In this document: one piece after another, positions 1-10,850 of the stretch | How the letters are laid out: every line of letters begins with the position of its first letter | How positions within the stretch are numbered: the first letter of the stretch is position 1 | Assembly (NCBI GenBank): GCA_007132225.1 | Contig: SLPB01000045.1 | Span: forward strand, 11,940-75,939 | DNA length: 64,000 nucleotides | Reading direction: 5' to 3' | DNA from: Bacteroidales bacterium | Lineage (GTDB): Bacteria; Bacteroidota; Bacteroidia; Bacteroidales; PUMT01 | Notes under the pieces: generated by a model | Told to the model about the DNA's origin: nothing | Seen by the model: the letters and a program-made list of their open reading frames with translations, nothing else | Databases searched by the model: none | Translations under genes and position numbers: made by a program

Positions 1-639
1 ATGCTTGGTTTTCTATATTCATGGGATCAAAACAGAAAATACATAACAAGAAGAAGATATACAGCCTTTAGCAGGGATGGCGGTTCATGGAAAGAATTCA
101 GCTATGTTGAAGACAATCAGGACTACAGATTAAATGAGATTGCCGGCGCATGGTGCGGCGAAAACAGGATTATTGCTTTGCAACGGGATGATGAACGAAA
201 ACCGGGGCATCCACTTGTACAGGTTGTAAGTTATGATAATGGGCGGACGTGGACTGAACCTGTGCCGACAAATATACCTCCAAAACAACATTGGGGAGCT
301 GCACCGGAAATTATTTACGATCAGAAACGTGACCTTCTGATAGCCCTGAGCAGTGATCGTTATTCCCGTCCGGATGAAGAGAATAGTGTTTTTATTTACA
401 CAGCATCTCCGGAGGAGGTAATAAGTAACCCCTGTGGCTGGACCCTGCAACATGAACTTAGGCGACCCTGGGCTGCTTTGGGGTTTGAAGAGGACCGACC
501 ACTAAACCAAAACCTGTATGGTTACAACACGATCGCCCAAATCAATAAAGATGAATATCTTATTGTTTTTACCGAGAGGGCGCGGATGCATGGAGCAGAA
601 CAGGCAGATCTTTACTATTTCAAAATGATAATTAATTGA
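1..639 (+). CDS. C-terminal fragment of a BNR/Asp-box (sialidase-fold) protein; the 5' end lies outside the window
   Basis: The ORF is open from base 1. It has two Asp-box motifs (SRDGGSW, SYDNGRTW) typical of BNR-repeat beta-propellers. Stop at 637-639. Confidence 0.6.
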   Translation: MLGFLYSWDQNRKYITRRRYTAFSRDGGSWKEFSYVEDNQDYRLNEIAGAWCGENRIIALQRDDERKPGHPLVQVVSYDNGRTWTEPVPTNIPPKQHWGAAPEIIYDQKRDLLIALSSDRYSRPDEENSVFIYTASPEEVISNPCGWTLQHELRRPWAALGFEEDRPLNQNLYGYNTIAQINKDEYLIVFTERARMHGAEQADLYYFKMIIN

Positions 640-802
640 GAAAATTATACTTTTCATTTATCCGCAACTTGTAAATATTTTATAAACAAACGTTAGAGAA
701 AAAAACTTCCATTTTTTATTTCTAAGCCAGTTAACATGGATTAACTTTACTGAAATTGAATAAAAAAACCTTTGTAAGTTTTCAAATTAATGATAACAAG
801 CC

Positions 803-1561
803 ATGAGAGATAAAAGTGAATTAAACTTAGCTGTACTTATTGATGCAGATAATATACCCTATTCAAATATTAAAGGGATGCTTGACGAGATTGCAAAGTT
901 TGGAATTCCTTCAATAAAAAGAATATATGGCGACTGGACTAAAAACACTGTCGCCGGATGGAAACCGGCATTGCTGGAACATGCAATAACCCCGGTACAG
1001 CAGTATAGTTATACTACAGGCAAAAACGCAACGGATTCGGCAATGATAATAGACGCAATGGATATTTTGCATAGTCAGAAAGTTGACGGCTTTTGTATTG
1101 TCTCCAGCGACAGCGATTTTACCAGGCTTGCTATAAGACTCAGGGAATCGGGAATGATGGTGATAGGTATAGGTGAAAAAAAGACACCGAATCCCTTTAT
1201 TGTAGCATGCGACAAATTTATATATATTGAAATAATCGGGGCCCCCGAACCACCCAGGAAAACTGCAAAAACAACAGCCACACCTGCTGCAGAGACCAAA
1301 ATAAAGCTTGATCCCATAGATGCTAAGTTCATTAAATTATTGAAAAGCTCAGTTGAAGATATAGCTGATGATGATGGCTGGGCAGCCCTGTCGGCTGTCG
1401 GAGCGCTAATCAATAAAAAGAAGCCGGACTTCGATCCGAGAAATTATGGCTTTCAAAAACTATCGCTGCTTATAAAATCACTTAAAAAACAGTTTGAAGT
1501 TGCAGAGAAAGAAGACGATAAGAGCCGGGCCAAACACGTCTATGTAAGAATTAAAAAATAA
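803..1561 (+). CDS. NYN (LabA-like PIN-fold nuclease) domain protein with a C-terminal OST-HTH/LOTUS-like domain
   Basis: The N-terminus (LAVLIDADNIP...YGDW...DSAMIIDAMD...IVSSDSDFTRLA) matches the acidic catalytic-residue pattern of NYN domains. The C-terminal ~70 aa (GWAALSAVGALINKKKPDFDPRNYGFQKLSLLIKSL) resembles OST-HTH. A Pro/Thr/Ala linker joins them. Confidence 0.75.
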   Translation: MRDKSELNLAVLIDADNIPYSNIKGMLDEIAKFGIPSIKRIYGDWTKNTVAGWKPALLEHAITPVQQYSYTTGKNATDSAMIIDAMDILHSQKVDGFCIVSSDSDFTRLAIRLRESGMMVIGIGEKKTPNPFIVACDKFIYIEIIGAPEPPRKTAKTTATPAAETKIKLDPIDAKFIKLLKSSVEDIADDDGWAALSAVGALINKKKPDFDPRNYGFQKLSLLIKSLKKQFEVAEKEDDKSRAKHVYVRIKK

Positions 1562-1655
1562 TTAAGCTGCCTTGATTTTGAAATCATGGGGAAGATTCTT
1601 TAAAAAACAGGTGCCTTTAGAAATGTATATTGAATTTAAAGAAAAAATATGCTAA

Positions 1656-1673
1656 ATTTACTTTCTAGTAAAT
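1656..1673. promoter_or_regulatory. Candidate operator: inverted repeat ATTTACT-n4-AGTAAAT about 30 nt upstream of the fur-like start
   Basis: Perfect 7-bp arms at 1656-1662 and 1667-1673, read directly from the sequence. The AT-rich palindrome sits where an autoregulatory Fur/PerR box would be expected. Confidence 0.3.
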
Positions 1674-1704
1674 AGGAGTAATTCTTATTTAAAAACCACT
1701 ACTT

Positions 1705-2130
1705 ATGGATCGTAATGAATTACACACCAGACTAAAAGACAAAGAACTAAAAATAACTCCTCAAAGAACAGCTGTTTATGAAACCCTGATAAAGTTAAAT
1801 TCCCATCCCAGTGCCGATGTTATTGCCCAATATGTCAGGCATGATCATCCTAACATAGCAACCGGCACTGTTTATAAGATCCTGGAAACTTTTCACAAAA
1901 AAAATCTAATTAAAAAAGTAAAAACCGAAAAAGATATTATGAGGTATGATGCCAGGATGGATAACCATCATCATATTTATTGCGAAGACTCCGAAAAAAT
2001 AGAGGACTATCATGATAATGAACTGGATGAATTGCTTGAAAATTACTTTAAAAAAAAGAATATCCCGGGTTTTAATATTTCAGAAATTAAAACCCAGATA
2101 GTGGGAAAGTTTCAGAATAACGAAAACTAA
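1705..2130 (+). CDS. Fur-family metalloregulator, PerR-like by context (adjacent to katG)
   Basis: The Fur winged-helix signature ITPQRTAVYETL...HPSADVIAQYV...ATGTVYKILETF is present, plus the HHH-x-x-C regulatory-site region (NHHHIYCED). The gene sits immediately upstream of katG on the same strand. Confidence 0.85.
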   Translation: MDRNELHTRLKDKELKITPQRTAVYETLIKLNSHPSADVIAQYVRHDHPNIATGTVYKILETFHKKNLIKKVKTEKDIMRYDARMDNHHHIYCEDSEKIEDYHDNELDELLENYFKKKNIPGFNISEIKTQIVGKFQNNEN

Positions 2131-2184
2131 GTGCATTTTTGATCTTAAGTCTAAATAATCCATGATACTCCGTTTTACTAATAA

Positions 2185-2221
2185 AAATGCATAAGAAATT
2201 AGAATCAATTATTATGCATTT
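2185..2221. promoter_or_regulatory. Candidate operator or hairpin: perfect 10-bp inverted repeat AAATGCATAA-n17-TTATGCATTT between fur-like and katG
   Basis: Arms at 2185-2194 and 2212-2221 are exact reverse complements. A second palindrome, CTATGC-n5-GCATAG, lies at 2256-2272. All share an ATGCA/TGCAT core. Confidence 0.35.
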
Positions 2222-2303
2222 AAAAAATCAGGCAACTATCAGCTTCGGGAATTCTCTATGCAAAAAGCATAGCTGTTATGACCGATTAAAATTTAAAAAA
2301 TAA

Positions 2304-4496
<2,193 letters not shown>

Positions 4497-4568
4497 CCAA
4501 CCCAGATGCTAATTAGACCTCACCCATCACCATAAGTGCCATGCTATCTGCCATTGCACGTCACAGCA

Positions 4569-4604
4569 AAAGGGGGATAGCTTGATAAGCTATCCCCCTT
4601 TTAT
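4569..4604. terminator. Bidirectional intrinsic terminator between convergent katG and argJ
   Basis: Perfect 15-bp stem AAAGGGGGATAGCTT (4569-4583) / AAGCTATCCCCCTTT (4587-4601) with loop GAT. An A-tract on one side and a T-tract on the other allow function on both strands. Confidence 0.75.
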
Positions 4605-4643
4605 TACGTATTTAACGAAGTAGACGGGCATTATGGCCAGACA

Positions 4644-5855
4644 CTATGTTGTATAAACAGAATTAAACAGGACATAATCAGTTGTCATATCAGTTCCCCA
4701 TCCCCTGGCGGCTGATTTGCCATTATGAAGGTCAAGTTTGATTTTAAGATGAGATTCCCGTAATAATTTTTTTAGATAATTACGGTCATATTCCAGGGGA
4801 ATGCCTTTTTTGAGAACCTGTACGTCTTTTTTGTCGGCACCTAGGTAAAGATCTGCTTCTTCATAGTTAAATGGCAGGCCGGCATTTCCGGCTGCACTGA
4901 TGATCCTGCCCCAATTGGGATCCCGTCCAAACATAGCTGTTTTAACCAGGGTGGAATCTGATATTTCCCTTATCATTTTTCTGGCATAATCTTCACTGGG
5001 TGCGTTAAGTATTTCATATTCAATAAATTTTGAGGCTCCTTCACCATCCAAAACAATTTGCTGAGCAAGATGCTCCATCATCTTTTCCAGGTTTTCTTTA
5101 AACACCTTATAATCAGAATCTTTTTTGGTTTTCAGGACCTCATTTTGTGCCAGCCCGTTAGCCAGTACAACAACCATATCATTAGTTGAGGTGTCTCCGT
5201 CAACTGTTATCATATTAAATGATTTTTTAACAGCATCACTGACAGCTTCCTTTAAAAGATTAGGCTCGATGGCAACATCCGTTAAAATAAATGCAAGCAT
5301 TGTGGCCATATTGGGATGTATCATTCCCGAGCCTTTGGCAATAGCTCCCATATTTATCTCACGTCCATCCACTTCAAATTCCACAAACCCTTCTTTCGCA
5401 AAAGTATCAGTAGTTAATATTGCATTGGCGGCAAATGTACCTGCAGTGGATTTATTTGTGAGCTTTTTAACATTTTCACGTATCCCATTAACAATATCCC
5501 CGGTTGGAAAAGGCACGCCAATTACTCCGGTAGATGCGACCATGACCAGTTCTTTCTTTATGCCCAATTCATCGGCCATAGTTTGTGCCATGGCTTCTGC
5601 ACCCTCCCTTCCCTGCTCACCTGTAGCGGCATTGGCATTTCCGGCATTGATAACAATTGCCTGGGCCATACCATCAGATATATGCTTTTTGGTTAATTTA
5701 ACAGGTTCTGCCACTACCTGGTTCAAGGTAAATGTTGCCGCTGCACTTGCCGGAACTTTCGAGAAGATAATTGCCAGGTCCCTGCGCATTGACTTAACTC
5801 CTGTATGCGCTCCCCAGCAGGTTATGCCTCTTACGTTTGTGATATTTTTAATCAT
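4644..5855 (-). CDS. argJ: Bifunctional ornithine acetyltransferase / N-acetylglutamate synthase ArgJ
   Basis: 403 aa. It contains the autoproteolytic site motif PNMATMLAFILTD and ArgJ family sequence throughout. Confidence 0.95.
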   Translation of the reverse strand: MIKNITNVRGITCWGAHTGVKSMRRDLAIIFSKVPASAAATFTLNQVVAEPVKLTKKHISDGMAQAIVINAGNANAATGEQGREGAEAMAQTMADELGIKKELVMVASTGVIGVPFPTGDIVNGIRENVKKLTNKSTAGTFAANAILTTDTFAKEGFVEFEVDGREINMGAIAKGSGMIHPNMATMLAFILTDVAIEPNLLKEAVSDAVKKSFNMITVDGDTSTNDMVVVLANGLAQNEVLKTKKDSDYKVFKENLEKMMEHLAQQIVLDGEGASKFIEYEILNAPSEDYARKMIREISDSTLVKTAMFGRDPNWGRIISAAGNAGLPFNYEEADLYLGADKKDVQVLKKGIPLEYDRNYLKKLLRESHLKIKLDLHNGKSAARGWGTDMTTDYVLFNSVYTT

Positions 5856-5998
5856 TTTTTCAGTAAATAATGGTGCTTAATAATGTGCCTGGAATATGAT
5901 TTTGAATCAGTCCTGCAATTTGTCAGGGTAACCATAAATCTATGTAAAGCTATGTAAATGGACTGATTTAATTTAAAAATTCTGAGATATTAACAATA

Positions 5999-7036
5999 TC
6001 AGGGATTCAATGGCACCTGATTGAGCCCGGTGCTTTCCCCGAGTCCAAACATAATGTTCATATTCTGTATTGCCACCCCTGAGGCGCCCTTGATCAGGTT
6101 GTCAATAACGCTGATAACGATTACCATATTGGTACGTTCATCATAGACCGGGTATATATCACAATAATTGCTGCCTCTGACATCCTTGGTTGCAGGTGCC
6201 TGTTTGCGCAACCTCACAAAAGGTGCCCCTGAATAGAAGCCTTTATAAATATCCCTTAATTCATCTTCATCTAACCTCTTTGTGGGGCGCGCATATATTG
6301 TGGAAAGTATACCCCGGTCAACCGGAAGCAAATGGGGCGTAAACTGTATTAAAGTTTCTTTTCCGGAAGCCCGGTTCAGGATTTCCTGCATCTCAATAGT
6401 ATGGCGATGCCGTTTCAGTCCATATGCCTTAAAATTATCATTAACATTGGAGTAAAGATTAACTGCCTTTGCAGTAATACCTGCACCGGTAACCCCTGTT
6501 TTAGAATCAATAATCAGAGGATCAGCATTTACAATACCCTCCGACAATAAAGGGGCAACTCCCAGAATGGCACTCATGGGAAAGCAGCCTGGATTTGCAA
6601 CCAGTGTTGCATTTCTGATCTCATTAAAGAATAGTTCGGGACAGCCAAAAACAGCTTTCTCCATACCCTCAGGGTAAATATGATCGGTTCCGTACCAATC
6701 CTTATAAACAGAGGCAGAACTTAACCGAAAATCACCTGAAAGATCAATTATCTTAAATTTTTGATCACTGAACCGTTTAACAAAATCCATTGATACACCG
6801 TGCGGCAAAGCAAGAAAAACAAGATCCAGCTCATAATCCAGTATCTGATTTAATGATATAAGTTTTTGGTCGGCTATACCCTGCAAAAAAGGGTGTACAT
6901 CAGATATTAATTCCCCGGCCCTGGATTCGGAAGTAATAACCGAAATATCCACACCTGGATGATTCGTGAGAATACGGACCAGCTCTGATCCGGTATAACC
7001 TGTTGCACCAATAATTCCTATTTTCTTTTTATCCAT
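5999..7036 (-). CDS. argC: N-acetyl-gamma-glutamyl-phosphate reductase
   Basis: 345 aa. It has the N-terminal Rossmann motif IGIIGATGYTGSEL and the catalytic Cys region ANPGCFPMS. Confidence 0.95.
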   Translation of the reverse strand: MDKKKIGIIGATGYTGSELVRILTNHPGVDISVITSESRAGELISDVHPFLQGIADQKLISLNQILDYELDLVFLALPHGVSMDFVKRFSDQKFKIIDLSGDFRLSSASVYKDWYGTDHIYPEGMEKAVFGCPELFFNEIRNATLVANPGCFPMSAILGVAPLLSEGIVNADPLIIDSKTGVTGAGITAKAVNLYSNVNDNFKAYGLKRHRHTIEMQEILNRASGKETLIQFTPHLLPVDRGILSTIYARPTKRLDEDELRDIYKGFYSGAPFVRLRKQAPATKDVRGSNYCDIYPVYDERTNMVIVISVIDNLIKGASGVAIQNMNIMFGLGESTGLNQVPLNP

Positions 7037-7186
7037 TTGAATAAATTATAGTTTGCAATGTTTTTTTTCATGCATCTTTTATTACTTGAATCATCCACTT
7101 GCCAAATCATACAAAAAGACATTTATAAAGCATGGATAATCAGCGATTAAAGCACCGTGTAGTGGCACCGCCCAGGATGCAGTATA

Positions 7187-8371
7187 TCAGATCCCGTCCA
7201 ATGACTTTTTCAGAACCTCCACAACTTTTCCCAAATCCTTAAAACTAATGTTTAAAGGAGGAAGCAGCCGCAATACATTTCCGGCAGTAGCGTTGGCAAG
7301 GACACCATTTTCAAGCATTTTCTGCACCAATGGCTTAGTTTCAAAATTAAACTCCACCCCTATCATAAGACCTTTGCCCCGGATTTCAATAATATCGGTA
7401 TTGTTCAAGGCCATTAGCTGCGATCTTATCCAATTTCCTTTTTCTTCTGCCTGGTGCAGAAGATTTTCTTCTTCTATCACCTGAATTGTTGCTAATGAGG
7501 CAGCACAAACAAGAGGATTCCCGCCAAAGGTAGTCCCGTGATCCCCAAAGTTAATGGCTGAGCTGACTTTCTGGCTGGAAAGGATTGCACCAACCGGCAC
7601 ACCTCCTCCCAATGCTTTGGCCAGGGTCATGATATCAGGTTCCACACCGTAATGTTCCTTGGCAAACATCCTGCCGGTTCTTCCCATACCGCATTGGATC
7701 TCATCAAAAATCAAAACAATATTCCTTTCATCACAAAAGGTCCTTAAATCTTTTATAAATGACGGGTCAGCCACATTTACCCCTCCCTCACCCTGTATTG
7801 GTTCGATTATGATGGCTGCTGTATCATTATCGGCAGTTTTCATTAAAGATTCCATATTGCAAAAGGGTACCTGGGAAAATCCATGGGGAATGGGACCAAA
7901 CCCTTCCTGCATTTGTTTTTTTCCCGTTGCAATGGTTGCCAGCGTGCGGCCATGAAAAGAATTTTCAAAGGATATGATATTCCCGCCCCTGCCAATGCTG
8001 TGTGCGTATTTCCTGGCAATCTTTATTGCACCTTCAACAGACTCTGCACCGCTATTGGTTAAAAACACCCGGTCAAGGCCTGATATTTCTGTCAGTTTCT
8101 CGGACAGCCTGACTTGTGGATCACTCAGAAAAAAGTTTGAAATATGTATTAGTTTTCCGGCCTGTTCCCGGATAGCCTTTACCACTGCGGGATGGCAATG
8201 CCCGACACAATTAACTGCAATACCACCAATAGCATCAATATATTTGTTTCCTTCCACATCCCAGACATAAGAGCCTTCTCCACGTTCAATAGTGAGGGCA
8301 AACCTTTTGAATGTTTGCAAATAATATTTTTTATCAAGTTCCTGGTATGAAATATTTAATTTTTTTTCCAT
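7187..8371 (-). CDS. argD: Acetylornithine aminotransferase (class III PLP aminotransferase)
   Basis: 394 aa. Motifs are FLTNSGAESVEGAIK, DEIQCGMGRTG and the PLP-Lys region TLAKALGGG. It sits between argC and argB. Confidence 0.9.
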   Translation of the reverse strand: MEKKLNISYQELDKKYYLQTFKRFALTIERGEGSYVWDVEGNKYIDAIGGIAVNCVGHCHPAVVKAIREQAGKLIHISNFFLSDPQVRLSEKLTEISGLDRVFLTNSGAESVEGAIKIARKYAHSIGRGGNIISFENSFHGRTLATIATGKKQMQEGFGPIPHGFSQVPFCNMESLMKTADNDTAAIIIEPIQGEGGVNVADPSFIKDLRTFCDERNIVLIFDEIQCGMGRTGRMFAKEHYGVEPDIMTLAKALGGGVPVGAILSSQKVSSAINFGDHGTTFGGNPLVCAASLATIQVIEEENLLHQAEEKGNWIRSQLMALNNTDIIEIRGKGLMIGVEFNFETKPLVQKMLENGVLANATAGNVLRLLPPLNISFKDLGKVVEVLKKSLDGI

Positions 8372-8519
8372 TTATAAATTGTTTCTGAAATTTTTGTCCA
8401 TCACCTCCGGATGAAAAGTTTATAACGCCTGATAGTGTAGAGTTTACATGAAACCAAATAATCAGGTTTTAACAAGGGTAATAACGATGGTTCAAATAAA
8501 CAACCAATTACTGCATTGG

Positions 8520-9344
8520 TTATTTTCTGATTATTGTTCCGGTCATTTTGTTCTCAAAAAGTTGTGTTATCTGCTCAGGAACCGTTCCGTTAATAATCCT
8601 TGCTGATTCAGCTCCATTTTCCAGGGCAATTTCGCAGGATTCAATTTTCGGAATCATACCTCCCTGAATAATCCCCTTTTCTTTCAATTCAGCTAATTCC
8701 TCTATCCTTATCTCACGAAGCATGGAATCCGGATCAGTCATATCAAGAAGCAGTCCATCCACATCGGTCAACACTATGTACTCTTTTGCTGCAACAGCAC
8801 CGGCAACATGACCGGCAAACATATCTCCATTAATGTTATAGTCATTACCTTTATTATCAGCTGCTATACATGTAAGAACCGGAATGAAGTCATTCTCCAG
8901 AAGTATATTAATTAAGGCAGGGTCTACAGAGGCTACATCACCAACCTGTCCTAAATCGACCGTCTCTTCTTTACCATTCACCCTGATTACGTGCATTCGT
9001 TTTTTGGCAATCACGGTTTGCCCGTCTTTGCCTGACAACCCCACAGCCTTGTGTCCCAGGGAATTGATTATTGACACCAGGCTGCCGTTGACTTTGCCCT
9101 TTAATGCCATTTCCACATATTCCATTGCTTCAGGCGTTGTCTTTCGCTGGCCGTCAATAAACTCAGATTGAATATTGGCTTCATTTAGGATATTCTTAAT
9201 AAAGGGTCCACCTCCGTGAACAATCACAACATGAAACCCCTTTTCTTTAAGGGAGCTGATATTTTTTAATACCTGGATTTTAAGTCCGGGATCAGTCATT
9301 GCGTTACCGCCATATTTAAATAATAATGTTTTTTTTGGAATCAT
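8520..9344 (-). CDS. argB: Acetylglutamate kinase
   Basis: 274 aa. It carries amino-acid kinase family motifs: KYGGNAM, VVIVHGGGP, NINGDMFAG. Confidence 0.95.
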   Translation of the reverse strand: MIPKKTLLFKYGGNAMTDPGLKIQVLKNISSLKEKGFHVVIVHGGGPFIKNILNEANIQSEFIDGQRKTTPEAMEYVEMALKGKVNGSLVSIINSLGHKAVGLSGKDGQTVIAKKRMHVIRVNGKEETVDLGQVGDVASVDPALINILLENDFIPVLTCIAADNKGNDYNINGDMFAGHVAGAVAAKEYIVLTDVDGLLLDMTDPDSMLREIRIEELAELKEKGIIQGGMIPKIESCEIALENGAESARIINGTVPEQITQLFENKMTGTIIRK

Positions 9345-9636
9345 GATTTTTGCATATGATCAAAGGTTAAACCGGAAAGAGAAGTAAATGATTCCCGAGT
9401 AATTTATCTGTAAAGGTATAGAAGCGTAAAAAAGTTTCCAAATTAACTTATAAAATAAAAGCTTGAACAAAAACCTGCTCCCGGTATCGCTCCAGCTTAA
9501 TATCCGGTATCATCACATGATAATAGATATAATTCATGATGAGTATACTATAATTTCCTCCTATAAAAATACTATTTTTACAATTATAGATGAACAAAAC
9601 AGATAATGAATCCCGGCCTGGCAAAATTTACATATT

Positions 9637-10737
9637 ATGAAAGTTTTATCTATCATCATTGCCATATTATGCCTGATAGGTGCACCATTGGCGGGAGTTC
9701 ACCTGTCCGGAGAATCAGTAGCTGATTACCTGCATTTTCCTCCGGTCAATATTTTCCTGACCATAGATCATGCACCCTTCTCATGGAATGCTTTTATTTT
9801 TATCCTGGTCCTCATTATTATGGTGATGGTCCCGTTTTTGAAAAAGATTTTTTCATCAAAGGAAAAATTACCGGAAAAAACTCCCTTTAAGAACCGTTTC
9901 CCCGGCTGGGGATGGATCGGAGTTATTATTCTTGCTGCCGGATGGATACTTGCGTGGACCCGTTTCTCCTGGTTCGCTCACTTTCAAACACATACATTTA
10001 CAATTCCCTGGATAGGCTACATTATTCTGGTTAACGCCTTTACTTATATGCGCAGCGGCAGGTCCATGATAACCCACCAGGGCAGGTATATGATGCTTCT
10101 CTTGCTGTTCAGTGCAATCTTCTGGTGGTATTTTGAATTTCTCAACCAGTTCGTACAGAACTGGTATTATATTAACGTTGAAACCCTGGGAAGCACGGAG
10201 TATTTCTTGTATGCAACCCTGCCTTTTGCAACAGTGCTGCCGGCTGTGACCGGCACAAGAGATCTGCTGTTTACTTTCCCCAGGGTTAGCGCCGGCCTGG
10301 ATGATTTTTTCAGAGTTAACATCAAACACCCCCGTCGTACTGCTTTTGTCGGGGGACTGGCGGCTTTACCGGGACTGGCACTTATCAGCGTTTGGCCAAA
10401 CTATCTCTTCCCAATGCTGTGGCTGGCACCCCTGGTAATAATAGCAGCCATAGTGGTCATTAACCAGGGAGACAGAGTTTTTAAAGAGGTGGCAGGCGGG
10501 GACTGGCGTAATATTTATCTTCTGGCATTGTCTGCTCTGATATGCGGCTTTTTCTGGGAAATGTGGAATTTTAACAGCTTTACAAGATGGGAGTATTCGG
10601 TGCCTTTTGTGGACAGGTTCTATGTTTTTGAAATGCCGGTGCTGGGTTATGCCGGTTACCTGCCTTTCGGACTGCAATGCGGGTTGGCCGCGTGGCTGAT
10701 CAAACAGATGGTGAAATCCCCCAAATTATCTGATTGA
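9637..10737 (+). CDS. Uncharacterised polytopic membrane protein (about 9-10 predicted TM segments), Trp-rich
   Basis: 366-aa ORF with hydrophobic segments along its whole length. I recognise no family. Two similar aromatic motifs, FWWYFEFLNQFVQNWYY and FFWEMWNFNSFTRWEY, suggest an internal duplication. Confidence 0.6.
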   Translation: MKVLSIIIAILCLIGAPLAGVHLSGESVADYLHFPPVNIFLTIDHAPFSWNAFIFILVLIIMVMVPFLKKIFSSKEKLPEKTPFKNRFPGWGWIGVIILAAGWILAWTRFSWFAHFQTHTFTIPWIGYIILVNAFTYMRSGRSMITHQGRYMMLLLLFSAIFWWYFEFLNQFVQNWYYINVETLGSTEYFLYATLPFATVLPAVTGTRDLLFTFPRVSAGLDDFFRVNIKHPRRTAFVGGLAALPGLALISVWPNYLFPMLWLAPLVIIAAIVVINQGDRVFKEVAGGDWRNIYLLALSALICGFFWEMWNFNSFTRWEYSVPFVDRFYVFEMPVLGYAGYLPFGLQCGLAAWLIKQMVKSPKLSD

Positions 10738-10850
10738 GCCGTTCTTTAATTTTTATTTGAGGCTTTTCCGGAAGAGCTTCCTTTAAAATTTTTTGATACT
10801 TTTATGGTTCGAAAAAACCGTTCCGGCATAATTATTAGTAATCAAATAAA

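Noticed and set aside
2187-2303. A 38-codon ORF (MHKKLESIIMHLKNQATISFGNSLCKKHSCYDRLKFKK) filling the fur-katG gap.
   Set aside because: It has no recognisable features and its start coincides with the ATGCAT palindrome arms, so the ATG is more simply explained as part of an operator or hairpin. It cannot be supported without conservation data.
5125-5880. A 251-aa ORF on the plus strand, antisense to argJ. Similar long antisense ORFs occur at 14069-14695 (inside the P-type ATPase) and 36118-36741 (inside sufS).
   Set aside because: Each lies entirely within a gene whose product carries unmistakable family motifs on the other strand. The translations are low-complexity (S/T/A/P/L-rich) with no recognisable motifs. 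This is typical of stop-poor antisense frames.
7136-7143. The 8-mer CTGATTAT recurs upstream of argC (7136-7143, minus strand), argD (8458-8465, minus strand) and hemA (24104-24111, plus strand), in the same orientation relative to the downstream gene.
   Set aside because: An AT-rich 8-mer is expected a few times by chance in 128 kb of two-strand sequence. Distances to the start codons differ (about 99, 86 and 66 nt) and flanking bases do not align. This is insufficient evidence for a shared site.
9448-9537. A 29-codon minus-strand ORF (MNYIYYHVMIPDIKLERYREQVFVQAFIL) upstream of argB, examined as a possible arginine leader peptide.
   Set aside because: It has only two Arg codons, not clustered, and no terminator hairpin lies between it and argB. 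It does not resemble an attenuation leader.
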